Assembly (NCBI GenBank): GCA_904063045.1
Contig: CAJFCJ010000005.1
Location: forward strand, 2,660,165-2,724,164
Direction of reading: 5' to 3'
Length of the DNA stretch: 64,000 nucleotides
DNA from: Dimorphilus gyrociliatus
Lineage: Eukaryota > Animalia > Annelida
Positions 50,473-62,031 of this stretch are shown here, piece by piece. The notes beneath the pieces were generated by a model. It saw only the letters and a program-made list of their open reading frames with translations, was not told where the DNA came from and did not search any database. A program made the translations under genes and the position numbers. How positions within the stretch are numbered: the stretch's first letter is position 1; the number at the start of each line of letters is the position of its first letter.

Positions 50473-52417
50473 CTAAATGACCATTTCTATAACAGTATTA
50501 AACCCTGGTATTGCTATGAAGTGGACAAAGAGAAATAAAGAAAAGATTCATTAAAAAAAACCTTATTTTCGTATTAGTTTATGCCATCAATCAAACGAAA
50601 TTATAATTAGAAATAGAAAAAATATTTATCCATTAAAGTTCTTTCATATCTTTATCACTAAATAAAATATATAAACACGGGTCATCAACTATGAAATAGT
50701 TTAAATTCTTTCTATTATTTCCTTGAGTTCGTTATTTTTTCTTTAAATTAAATGGATATATAGGTCAGCCGATACCTACTTTACGTTTTCCTATATCCAT
50801 CAGTGGGTAAATATTTCTACAGAAGTAATTACTAATTGCAATAGAATTTGTCGATATCCACTTAAAGTGCTTAAAGAAACCTATAAATGTTACAAAATAC
50901 ATTAACGTTGCAGGTTCTTATTACATTACAAAAACGTATTTAGAGAAGAGGTTACATTAAAAAGTTGAGCAAGTATCTATGATCAGAGGTATCTCTATTT
51001 GCTATAGAATAAGTTGCAAGTTTGGAAACTGCTAGATGAATCAGAAGGGTAAATAGAAAGTTTTTAAGTACTATACTTATAAATCAAACTATAGATATTA
51101 GTAGATTATAGATTCTTTCTATTTCTATATTACTATTCTGTATTCCTTTTAACTATTTCCTCATTGTTTTCAAAACGTAATACTTTTATTGATCATTTTA
51201 AAAGGTTTATATTCTTAGTTAATGAACCCAATTTTAAAAGTTTAGCCCTTGATCGTTGTTTTCTTGTTTATAGTACTTGTGCCTTGGTAATAAAAAGAAC
51301 AAAAACTATAAATTAGTATGATTAATGATAAATTAGAAAGTAAGTTTTATTGTTTAATTATAGTATTATGTAATTGTATGAATATTAATTACGATACATA
51401 TCAATTAAGTTACATAATATATAGGTTTGTTTAAAAGTTGATGGAAAACATATTTTTGAACTTTCTATTGGAGATATTGGTATTAAAAAAATGGAGGTAA
51501 GTCACGCAACGAAAAACGAAAATACTTGTTTAGATTTCATGTATATTGATTTACAAAAAATGAGAGAGGGGATAGCTATGAGACACATATCAATCATGGA
51601 AAGAGGGAAAAAAATGATGCATATTGAATCAGCATAAAGGCTATTTAAATAATAAAAGTTTTATAACAATAAACAATAGGATGATATTAAAAGTAATAGA
51701 AAGAGAAGAAGATAAATTACAGATATAGGGAAAATAAAAGAACTTAATATTTTAATGAGTTTATAATTGATTAATAAAGTGGAAAAAGTTAATGATTCTG
51801 AAATGGCTAACTGAACAAAGACAGAGATAGAGAGAAAGAGGTAGAAGATAAATATGTTGACAAAATATAGTAAAAGGTTTGAACCGACTCATTTAAATCG
51901 ATATCTATATAAAAACGACTTTTTAATAAGTAAGAGAGAGAGAAAAATAGGAAAAGGGTTATCAGATAATTGGTCTATTGTTGAAACTTATCCCTTAGAG
52001 AGAGTTGGTTAAATAATATAGAGTAAGGATAGATATAAAGATTGCTGTACCTATTTAAATTATCTTGGCACTCTAACAATTAAAATCAATCAGTTTATTC
52101 TAAAATATGCCGTAGACACATGAATAGACAGACAAGTAGAGAGACAATACGGCAGACATTCAAACTTCATTTCAAGCTACAGAGGAATAAATAAATAAAA
52201 AACAAATCACCCTTAAGAATATATTACATGGAATTGATATTTAAATATGATTAGGCCTCTTCATTCTAGTTTTTATTTATTAATAAAATTGAATAGGCTT
52301 AGATTCTGATTTACGAAAGTAAAATATTCTTTTTAACGACCTCTAGTGAGTAATATAAAGGTGAAGGTTAAAAGATTTGCGGTAAATATTAGCAATTATT
52401 TAAAGTATAAATCAACA

Positions 52418-53187
52418 ATGGAGAATACATTGTGGGGAGAAGGAAAAACAACTAATCAACTACCCGAAGTTGACCAAGAGTTATTGAAACCTAAAAATGT
52501 TGATAAGTTAACACTTAAGTATGAAAATGCAGCTTTCGAGGAATCGCATCACGAGTCGTTTCTTAATAGGACTTATAACATACCACGGTAAATATTATAT
52601 TTAGATGAATGTAGAAATCTTTGTCTATATTATATATTATAAATGATGATTAATCTGTGCGCAATTTCAGTGACACCTTAATGGAATCTCTACACGGTGT
52701 ACTAATTAGATCACCTTCTCCATTGGACTTATCAAAGCTATCAGACTCTGAGGAAGATACAAAAATAATTCACCTAAAGTCGGATCAATGCCGATTGTTA
52801 ATACGCCGATCTCTATCTATCATTTTACTGCATGTAAACTTTATGACAGCTACTGAAAACAGTCTTAGCGTTTTAACAGATGTTCTAACAATGTATTTGG
52901 AACAATTTGCAAAAAGAATACGTTTAGCAATTGATCAAGAACTGTTAAAAGGAACAACAGGATTTCCAAATGTATTGGAGAAAGCATTTGCAGAAATGAA
53001 AACTGGAGCTACACAATTAAGAGAGCATATGAACGAATGTCTATCAAAAAAATTATCATCGGAAGATACGAATCTAACAAATACAGATGGAGAGTCGCCT
53101 CAATATATGTTCAAAACTATCGACCATAGTGAAAGTGACGCCGACGGTGCTTTAGATATAGTAGGGTTAGACTCAAGTATGAAATAA
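52418..53187 (+). CDS. SUPT7L: SAGA subunit SUPT7L/STAF65gamma-like histone-fold (BTP) protein, 2 exons
   Basis: N-terminal LWGE, P.SP.L, and histone fold CRLLIRRSLSIILLHVNF..ATENSLSVLTDV...YLEQFAKRIRLAIDQE...TGFPNVLEKAF.EM. Intron ~52589-52670. Confidence 0.8.
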
Positions 53188-56100
53188 CGTTGCAATTTTA
53201 GTCACTCACCTGTCAACAAACAGTTTAACGTGAGATTAACTTTACTTATTGCTTTATGTTTTTAGGATTATTAATAAATTTATACACAGAATAAAGAGAG
53301 ACTATACAATCATCTAAGTATTTCACCTTGTCCTCCTTTTCTACCTTTTACCCTCTTTCTATTTCTCACCAACTCCCCTAGATATATTCCAATTATTAAT
53401 ACATCAACTATTTACCTTTCAATTTCTTTTACAAACTTATTCCATGAGAGAGAAAAGGGAACAAAAGAGAACATGAAATACTTAATTCATTAATAGGACT
53501 ATAAAAAAACCATATACACAAAAACTACTACTCATAATATAAAGATATTGTAATTATAATTAAGTTACCTATTAATAATAGATTGTCTGCTAGGGAATAT
53601 ATCCTAGAAGTTCACTCTGATACCTTTGTTGGTTAAAGAAGGTATGGTTATTTTTTCCCTTCGTTTTTTTATATAATCAATAATGATCAAGGTGTCAATA
53701 CGTCTATTAAATGGATGATTTATCGCACTTTTTCAAATATTAACAATTTTCAACGTAAAATTAGTTAATAAATTATTATATCTTTATACTTTTCATAGTA
53801 AAAGATCGCTAATGTTCTTTCGTATAAAAAATGAACTACGTAACAAAATGGCAATAATATAATAATAGACTTGTGTATAAAAAAAAGGGATAAAATAGAC
53901 AAAGTACAAAAAAAAACACCACATTCACATACACATACAAACATTCATACACGTACTAGCAATTCTATCCAATGTAAACTATAAAGAATCGTTCAAGAGT
54001 ATTTAATTCTTTAGGCCTAGATGGCTAATAGGGTGAAATCGTTAAGCTATTTGAATTAATTGGGGATATTCAATACACTGCAGGAGATTTTGTTGTAAAG
54101 TCGAGACGAGTAATACTTATTGCGTATAAGAAAGTGTCAATTTTTGAACAAGAAGTGGCCTTGTCCGGCTTATACTACGTGACTCCCGACGTTATATCCT
54201 TAACGGACGTAACTTTGAAAGTTCTTCTCTTTCCATCTCTCGCCTCTCCAATTAATTAAAAGATAGGGATTTTCCCATTCTATTTTTTTATTTGGCTTGT
54301 TTGCTTTCATTCGATCGCTATCTTATTGACGAAGTAAACACGTTAAGGGTGACAACTAAATGACCAATACATGACCTTGAATATGTATATACAAAGGAAA
54401 AATGTATATATTCGTATACACTGAGTTTTTCCTTAAAAGGATAAGTATTGAAAAGCACACGAAAACGTATTGTAGTAGAATAATTTAGGCGTCAAAAGCA
54501 ACAATGGACATTGGCTACTGACGCCCTACAAGTTAATAGCGAAAGGATACTTTAGCCTATACACACAATTTCGATTTGGGAGAGAGTTACATGAATTGGT
54601 TTCAAAAAAGAGAGAGAGAAAGTAAAATATAAATTGAATGCTAGATCGAATATCATTAAATCGTAACACATTCATTTGTCTTCTATATACAGTTTGGTTA
54701 TAGATAAAAGACCTAATTTAACTTGAATACATTGAGTTTTTACAAAGATTACCTAACATTTAATGAATCTGTACAATTAGTAAATTTCTACAACACCTTT
54801 TCTTTACGAAATAAAAGAAACTACCTAACACTTAAAACGGTATTATCCTTTATTCAATAAAATGATGAACAGTAAATTCAGTAAATTCTTTTTTGGATAA
54901 CAAGCAAAGAAAGAATTTAGACTGGTTTTACGGTATATGGTAATTTATCATTAGGTAAAAAAGGTACGAGAGTTTGTATCCCGTGAATAAATGTCACGTA
55001 CCAGACATATACGGGCGCGTGCATCCTTTTTTTATGTGCAATTAGTTAAATACCACGTCAAAGCCGGTCAAACGATTCATACATAAAATACAAAATTACC
55101 ATAATACATCATTAATAATAGGTAGTTTTTAATTGGACAAACAAGGGCAGAACCCGCATCATTTTTATTGAATTAGATGAAGTTAAGCGTCAACTGAAAT
55201 ACTTATTCACTAAGTGTGAGGAGTTTATCGGAAGAATAATGATAATCTTCATAGCGCTAGTAGCGGCACGCTGCATTTAATTAATTATTCAGTTTTCACA
55301 TAAAGGTGAAGTGGTCATCGAAGTTCTAACAACATACATCAATATAAAAAAAGGTTGAAATAAATAAAACTTAATCCATAGATTAACCTGAAAAGGGCCC
55401 TTCGTATAAAGCCAGTAAAGGAATGATTAAAAGTTATTACCGTACATGACAGATGCCACTAAGGTATTATTAAGTAATTCGTTCAAGCATGCAGGATTTC
55501 TGAATGTAGAAAAGAAGTAAAAAGAAGTATGTACAATGAACATATCATGAATAATTTATGAATGAGCGAGATTTTGACAATACCCCCCCATCAAGTTACT
55601 TTTCAATAAATTGCGTCAAGTTTATAGTCAATTTGTTAATACGTTTATCAATACAATTATTAGTATCCTTAGTACATTGTGTTCTATGTGAGAAAGTGTA
55701 TAAGGTATTAAGAGGATTAACACAGTTCATTTTTGTACGTGTATCTGTATTGTATATATTAAAAAAGCAGCGTACAAAGAGTATTCTTTGTATATTTTCC
55801 TTTTACACATCGCTACCTGTACAATCAACTTCCGTATCTCACCTTGTTCAAATTGTCATTTCGTTCTATTAATTCCGCCTAATTTCTTCTATCGGACGTT
55901 CTAGTAGATTCTTCTTTATATTCTCTAAGAGATTGAAAGGAAATCTTAAGGAAAAAGTACATTTAAATATATGTTGATTACTTGTACGCTTCGCTGATCA
56001 AACGTCCCTCAATTTTACCGTCACTGTCTGCTATTCAAGTGAATTCGATCGAAAAGAAAGAACTGAGCCGGTCAGAGGAGGATTGGTACACTTGAATGTG

Positions 56101-56888
56101 CCCGCTCAACTAATTAAGCCTAAGAGAGCAGGCGTGCCTAATAGCCGTCCCTTTTCTCTCTCCAACCTTCTCTCTTTCTTTTTTACAACTCGTCTCACAC
56201 TCCTCATCACTTATATTGGACAGGTGAAAGGAATCTATAATTAATGTTTTTAACTACAATTCAAAAGCTCTCGATATATAGGTAGTCATAACTTTTCGTC
56301 TTTCTTCCCCTAAATCTTATTTAGACAGGTACAAGACAGTTAATGTTCCACAAAAAAAAGGAATCGTTGAACCCTGTAAGAGCCCAAAAACTATGCATTC
56401 TCTCTATCTTTCTTTCCTTCTTGCTCTTTATTTATGCGTCTACATTTTCAAATCTTTACCATTCTCTACTCTTTTTAACCTTTCCCTCTTCCCTTTTTTT
56501 ACAATTTATTCACCAATAGATGGCGTCTGGCTTATACAAGTTGTTTCTTCTCACCTTGATGGCCAATCAACATTTACCTGGGCGGTGCTTAAAAAATGGC
56601 CGCCAGCTGTCGCGGTGTGGCGCGAACAGTGTATAGAAAAATCTCGCCGAGAGACGATCGATTCCTAATACACCTGGATATATTCCTCTGTCAACCTAGA
56701 CTATTTTATTTACGATATTTTTAACGTTTTTCTCACTGGATAACAACGTCGATCGGCGATTTGAACGCAGTAATATCTGAACAAGAAGAAGGGTTAAGAG
56801 CTGTTGTATAACGACTATGAACAAACAAGGGTGAAGTGTTTAAATAATCGTCTTCAATCGCGGATGCTCTCCACCGGCTTTGTTCGAC

Positions 56889-59800
56889 ATGGACATTACT
56901 TGCCAACGAGAACCAATAATGAGAAAGGCTCTGCCAAAAAGAACTTTATTTTTATTTATTTCACTTATAAACATTCTCATTGTTCGAAGTGAGGAGACAA
57001 CAGCATTTGCAGTTGACAACAAGCAAGAATTCAGCGTTGAAGAGGAGCAACGTTCTGGAACTTTTGTTGGTAATATATCAATTATAGATGGATTAGAATA
57101 TAGGTTTTTCGAGGAATCCGAATATATAAAATTGAACTCTAAAACGGGCGAACTTCGAACGTCCAAAATAATTGATAGGGAATCTTTGGATGAGGACTAT
57201 ATCGAGTTATTCGTTCAGTCCATACCGCCGAAACACTTGATAGAACTCAGGATTCATGTAAAAGATATCAATGATAATTCGCCTGTTTTTCTACAATCTC
57301 CTCAAACCGTTTTCTTCTCGGAAGACGATCGACAATATACCCAAATTCTATTGCCAACAGCAACCGATAGGGATTCGGGCAAAAATGGCGTCACAACAAA
57401 CTATCAAATAGTAAACGGTAACGAATTAAACCGTTTCCGACTGTTAACTCTATTGACAGACTCTAAACCTTTGTTATATGTTGAAAATACTCAAAAATTA
57501 AATAGGGAAGAACAATCTGAATACGTTTTGAACGTTTCCGTTGCAGATGGAGGAGATGTACCAAGATACGGTTTTTTAAAAGTGATAGTTCGTGTTACGG
57601 ATGTCAATGATCAAGAACCAATCTTCGATCAAAGTGATATCGTTGTATCTGTTAACGAGACAATTCCGCCGGACAGTTATCTGGCTACTGTCAGAGCAAC
57701 TGATCAAGACGAAGGAGAGAATGCTAGAATCACATACTCTATTCAAGACGATCAGCATGATCAGTTTCGAATAGATAAGGACACTGGTGAAATATGGTCA
57801 AAGAAAAAGCTTCAGTGTTTGATAAGTTGCCAATTTTCAACTGATAGTAATTGTTTTGAACGTTCTTGCGTTGTCACGCTAATAGCAACAGACGGCGGTA
57901 ATCCGCCATTCGTTAACAGAGCGTTTCTAACCGTCAGACTACTTGACGTTAACGACAATATACCGACTATAAAAGTTACATATCTACCTACTAATGGTGA
58001 TTTTGGAATTATAGAAGAATCAGCTAACGCTAGTTCTACAGTTGCCATAGTTACAGTTACAGATAACGATGAAGGTCTCAACGCACAAACGTCGTTGAAA
58101 ATTTCATCAGGAAATGAGAAGAATCAGTTCTCTCTAAAAAAAGTCTTCGACACTTACCTTATAAAGGTTAATGCAACTCTCGATAGAGAAAAGAAGGATA
58201 AATATAATCTAACATTATATGCTCACGACAATGGTACTCCTAGATTGTCTTCACGTTTTCACGCTATCTTCCATATAATAGATATTAACGATCACAAGCC
58301 AGTGTTTGAAAAGACTGCATACAATGCAGTTCTAACAGAGAATTCACCTATTGGAAGTTCGGTTGTAAGCGCTACAGCAACTGATGGTGATAGTGGAAAA
58401 AATGCTGAGTTAACTTATAGAATACTATCAGGAAATGATTACAAATGGTTCAAAATTGATCCTGAAACTGGATTAATAACTACAGCTGCACGTATGGATT
58501 ATGAAAAAGATAATACTATAGATTTAACTATTGAAGCGAGGGATAAAGGCAACAAACCATTTTCTACAACGGTTAGTTTACAAGTTCGTCTGCTAGATGT
58601 AAATGATGAATACCCTATATTTAGTAATAATAATATTACTGTTACTAAATCGGAAAACATAAGAGTTGGAAGTTTAATCTACGAATTTCGAGCAGAAGAT
58701 CGGGATTCCGGAAAGAGTGGTTTAGTAAGGTATAAGTTTGGTAAATCAACCGACTTGTTCAATCTTGATAAATCGAATGGCCGTTTAACGTTAAAGAAAT
58801 CTTTGGATAGAGAAAAAGTGGCTATTCACCGTTTAAAGGTGGTAGCATATGATCAGGGTCAACCTTCCCTGTCGTCGACCTCTTCTATCACAATAATATT
58901 AAGTGACGAAAACGATCACTCTCCAATATTTTATCCTTTAAAATATTTTGTTACTCTTCGCTTTTGCGATTCAAAAGCCCGTGTAACACGACTATTCGCA
59001 AACGATAAGGATAATTCAACAAACGGTACGATAGCATTTACTATACAACCTATCGATAATCGTTTTAGAATTGATGATAATGGTGTTTTATGGACGAATA
59101 ATGGTATTTGTCAATCTGGACGTATTGCAGTAAATGTAAATGCACGTGATGGCGGTGGGAGACAATCTGAAAGGAGAGCTACAGTTTTTGTATACGTTTC
59201 TAATGTGAAAATTGATCCGATAGTTTTTACGAGGGAAACATTCTCTTTTACCGTTGACGAAGACTACGATAGAAATTCAAACTTTCCCATAAGAACTATA
59301 GGTCGAATCTTATTACGCGATTCGATAATAGGAGTAGAATTTCAAGTTGTTAATGGCGACGATTCTGGTTTATTTCAAATTGATCGAAATGGGTATTTAA
59401 AATCAACTAATAAAGGATTAAATGCCGATCAACAGAAATCTTTTTCGCTAATCGTTGTTGCAAGTACAAGAACCAGTTACGGAGAGGTCACAGTTCGAGT
59501 AGATTTGAACGACTTAAATGATAACCCTCCAACCTTTGATCAACAAGAGAGTGTAGTTAATCTGTCAGAAGACGCCGCTGTTGGTCATCATGTCTATAAA
59601 TTAGGTGTTACTGATAAAGATATTACACCCGTAAATTCTCAGATAACCTATAGTCTTCAAGGTTCCGATAGATTAGGCATATCGTCAGATGGATTACTAT
59701 ACGTAAAGAAATTGTTAAATTATACACCTGGCAAGGAACTAAATGTGAAAATTACTGCATCAGATGGAAAGCATTCCAGAGAAGGAACTGTAAAGGTGTT

Positions 59801-61955
59801 AATTGTCGATTCCAATGATAATAATCCTGAATTTGAAAAGGCGGAATACGTTTTGGCGATTAGTGAGAAAAGCCAACCGAATAGTGTTATATTAGAAATG
59901 AAAGCAAGCGATCAAGATTCGGGTATTAATGCTCGATTAAACTACGTAATTGAAAGCGGAAACTATGAGAATCAATTCGGCTTATTCCCCGATGGACAAT
60001 TATACGTCAAGAAAGCGTTAGATAGGGAATTAAAAGCAGATTATAAATTAATAGTACGTGTTAACGATAATGGTCAACCTGATCGAAGTAGTACAACTGT
60101 CGTAAAGATTCATTTAATTGACGAAAATGATAATGCTCCAGCTTTTCCTAAATCTATAAAGTTTTCCGTTCAAGAGAATAGTCCAATCTATAGTTTTATC
60201 GGTGTTCTTAAGGCTACTGACCCAGACGAGGGACGTAATGCAGAGATAACTTACAGTTTCGAGGAAAAGAATGAGTCGCGTTTCGGTATTGATCCTACTA
60301 AAGGCGTCGTATGGACTAGACAAGTATTTGATCGGGAATCAATAAATACTCATATCCCAATCGTTGTTGTTGCCGAAGATCATGCTACATTGGATAGTAG
60401 AAAAAGTTCGTCTGCAACTATAGAAATTTATGTCACCGACACGAACGATAATCCACCGAAATTTGAAAAGGATTTCTATAAAATTTCTTTACTGGAATCA
60501 ACTGAAATCGATGTATCGATTTTTAAATTAATTGCTACAGATCCTGATGCTGATGAAAATGGTAATGTTGCATATGATATTTTATACGGCGATAGGGAAC
60601 TGTTTAGAATAGATGCTCAAAGTGGAGGACTATTCTTAAACGAACAATTGGATAGGGAGAAAAAAGATGAGTACAGTTTAACTATCATAGCTAAAGATCA
60701 ATCACGAACTAACCCGTTAAACTCTACTTGTAATATCAGAATAAGTGTACTAGATTACAACGATCATCGTCCAGTCTTTGATAAAAATTCCTATTCATTT
60801 TCCTTGAAGGAGAATATACCTGTCGGCTCTTTTGTAGGCCAAATTCGAGCCATTGATAAAGATATTGGCGTGAATGGTCTTGTTAAATATGATCTTGTAA
60901 GAATGGATGACAATGTTTTCGATTTAGAGAGGGAAAGTGGACGTCTATATCTAAGTAGACATCTGGATTTCGAATTAAAAACATTTTACATGCTGAATAT
61001 ATCCGCCTACGATAATGGAAATCCCAGAAAAACCAGTTTTGTAGCCTGTAAAATATCGATTATTAACGAAAACGATAATCAACCAAAGTTTCCAATATCA
61101 TCAATTATTAAAACAATCGACGAAGGTCAAGATGCTGGTAAATTTGTTGCTTATGCTACAGCAACTGATAAAGATGTAGGATCAAATCTAAAATATTCAT
61201 TGGTTCGTCAAGAACCACCTGGAAACGATTTTAATATCGATGAAAATACCGGTAGAATTGTGACAAAGGCCATTTTGAATAGAGAGGAAATTGAAAGTTA
61301 TAAGCTTGTTGTAGAGTGTCAGGATGGTAAAGATTATAGAATTGAAAAGAGCGTTGTAGTCCTTGTTGGAGATGTAAATGACAATCCACCGGCATTTAGA
61401 TGTTGGCGAACAGCTATTGTGAATAGAAGAAATTCAGTGGGTATTAAATTCTTTAAGGCGACTGCTATCGATCCAGATCTTAACGCCGATATTGCATATG
61501 AACTCAAGAAAGGTAGCGAATATTTTGAGATAAATCGTTCAGATGGAACATTAAGCGTGCTAAATTCCTTAAACAACGCACCATTGAAAATAACAGTTAG
61601 GATAAGGGCCTTTAATCCAGGCTCTAGTCAATCTGTTGAAGAAGATTTTCAAGTAATAGTTGCTGACTCGATGACTGAATCATTTTTCTCTAAATCCGTT
61701 TATTATGGACAATTATATGAAAATGAGATGCCTAAGGATATAGTTAAATTAACGACTACAACCGAAGTAGACGAATTCCTCGCCTTTGGGAATGATCAAA
61801 GAGGAGTAGGTCAATTCGATGTCATTATAAATGATGGGAGATTAAGAAATACTAAAGAATTAAATAGAGAGGATTCAAATCTATTGAATGGTATATTAAT
61901 CGAAGTTGCTGGGGTAAAATATTCATCTGGTAAAGCATCAGTTGGCAAGACAAAA
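56889..61955 (+). CDS. ds: Dachsous-type giant protocadherin, first coding exon (signal peptide + ~15-16 cadherin repeats); gene continues beyond the window
   Basis: Signal peptide TLFLFISLINILIVRS; repeated DxND(N/H)xPxF, LDRE and AxDxD motifs; Dachsous-type Cys insert in EC3 (LQCLISCQFSTDSNCFERSCVVTL) and PIFYPLKYFV. The exon ends ACAAAA|GTAAGT at 61955. The start is ATG 56889 or 56919. Confidence 0.88.
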
Positions 61956-62008
61956 GTAAGTGAATTTTCAATTTGTTCTTTGTCAAAGTTCTCTCTTTAT
62001 TCATATAG

Positions 62009-62031
62009 TATATATATATATATATATATAT
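62009..62031. repeat. (TA)n microsatellite at the start of the Dachsous intron
   Basis: About 11 TA units visible. Confidence 0.9.

Noticed and set aside
51491-51502. ATG GAG|GTAAGT micro-exon that could splice in frame to SUPT7L
   Set aside because: The SUPT7L homologous N-terminus (LWGE) is already served by ATG 52418, the acceptor is weak, and there is no other support.
54030-54260. ~74-codon stop-free + frame without ATG
   Set aside because: Length is compatible with chance over several kb of intergenic DNA; no homology and no convincing donor.
55558-55872. 104-aa + ORF upstream of Dachsous
   Set aside because: No recognisable domain, and the composition reflects AT-rich non-coding DNA.
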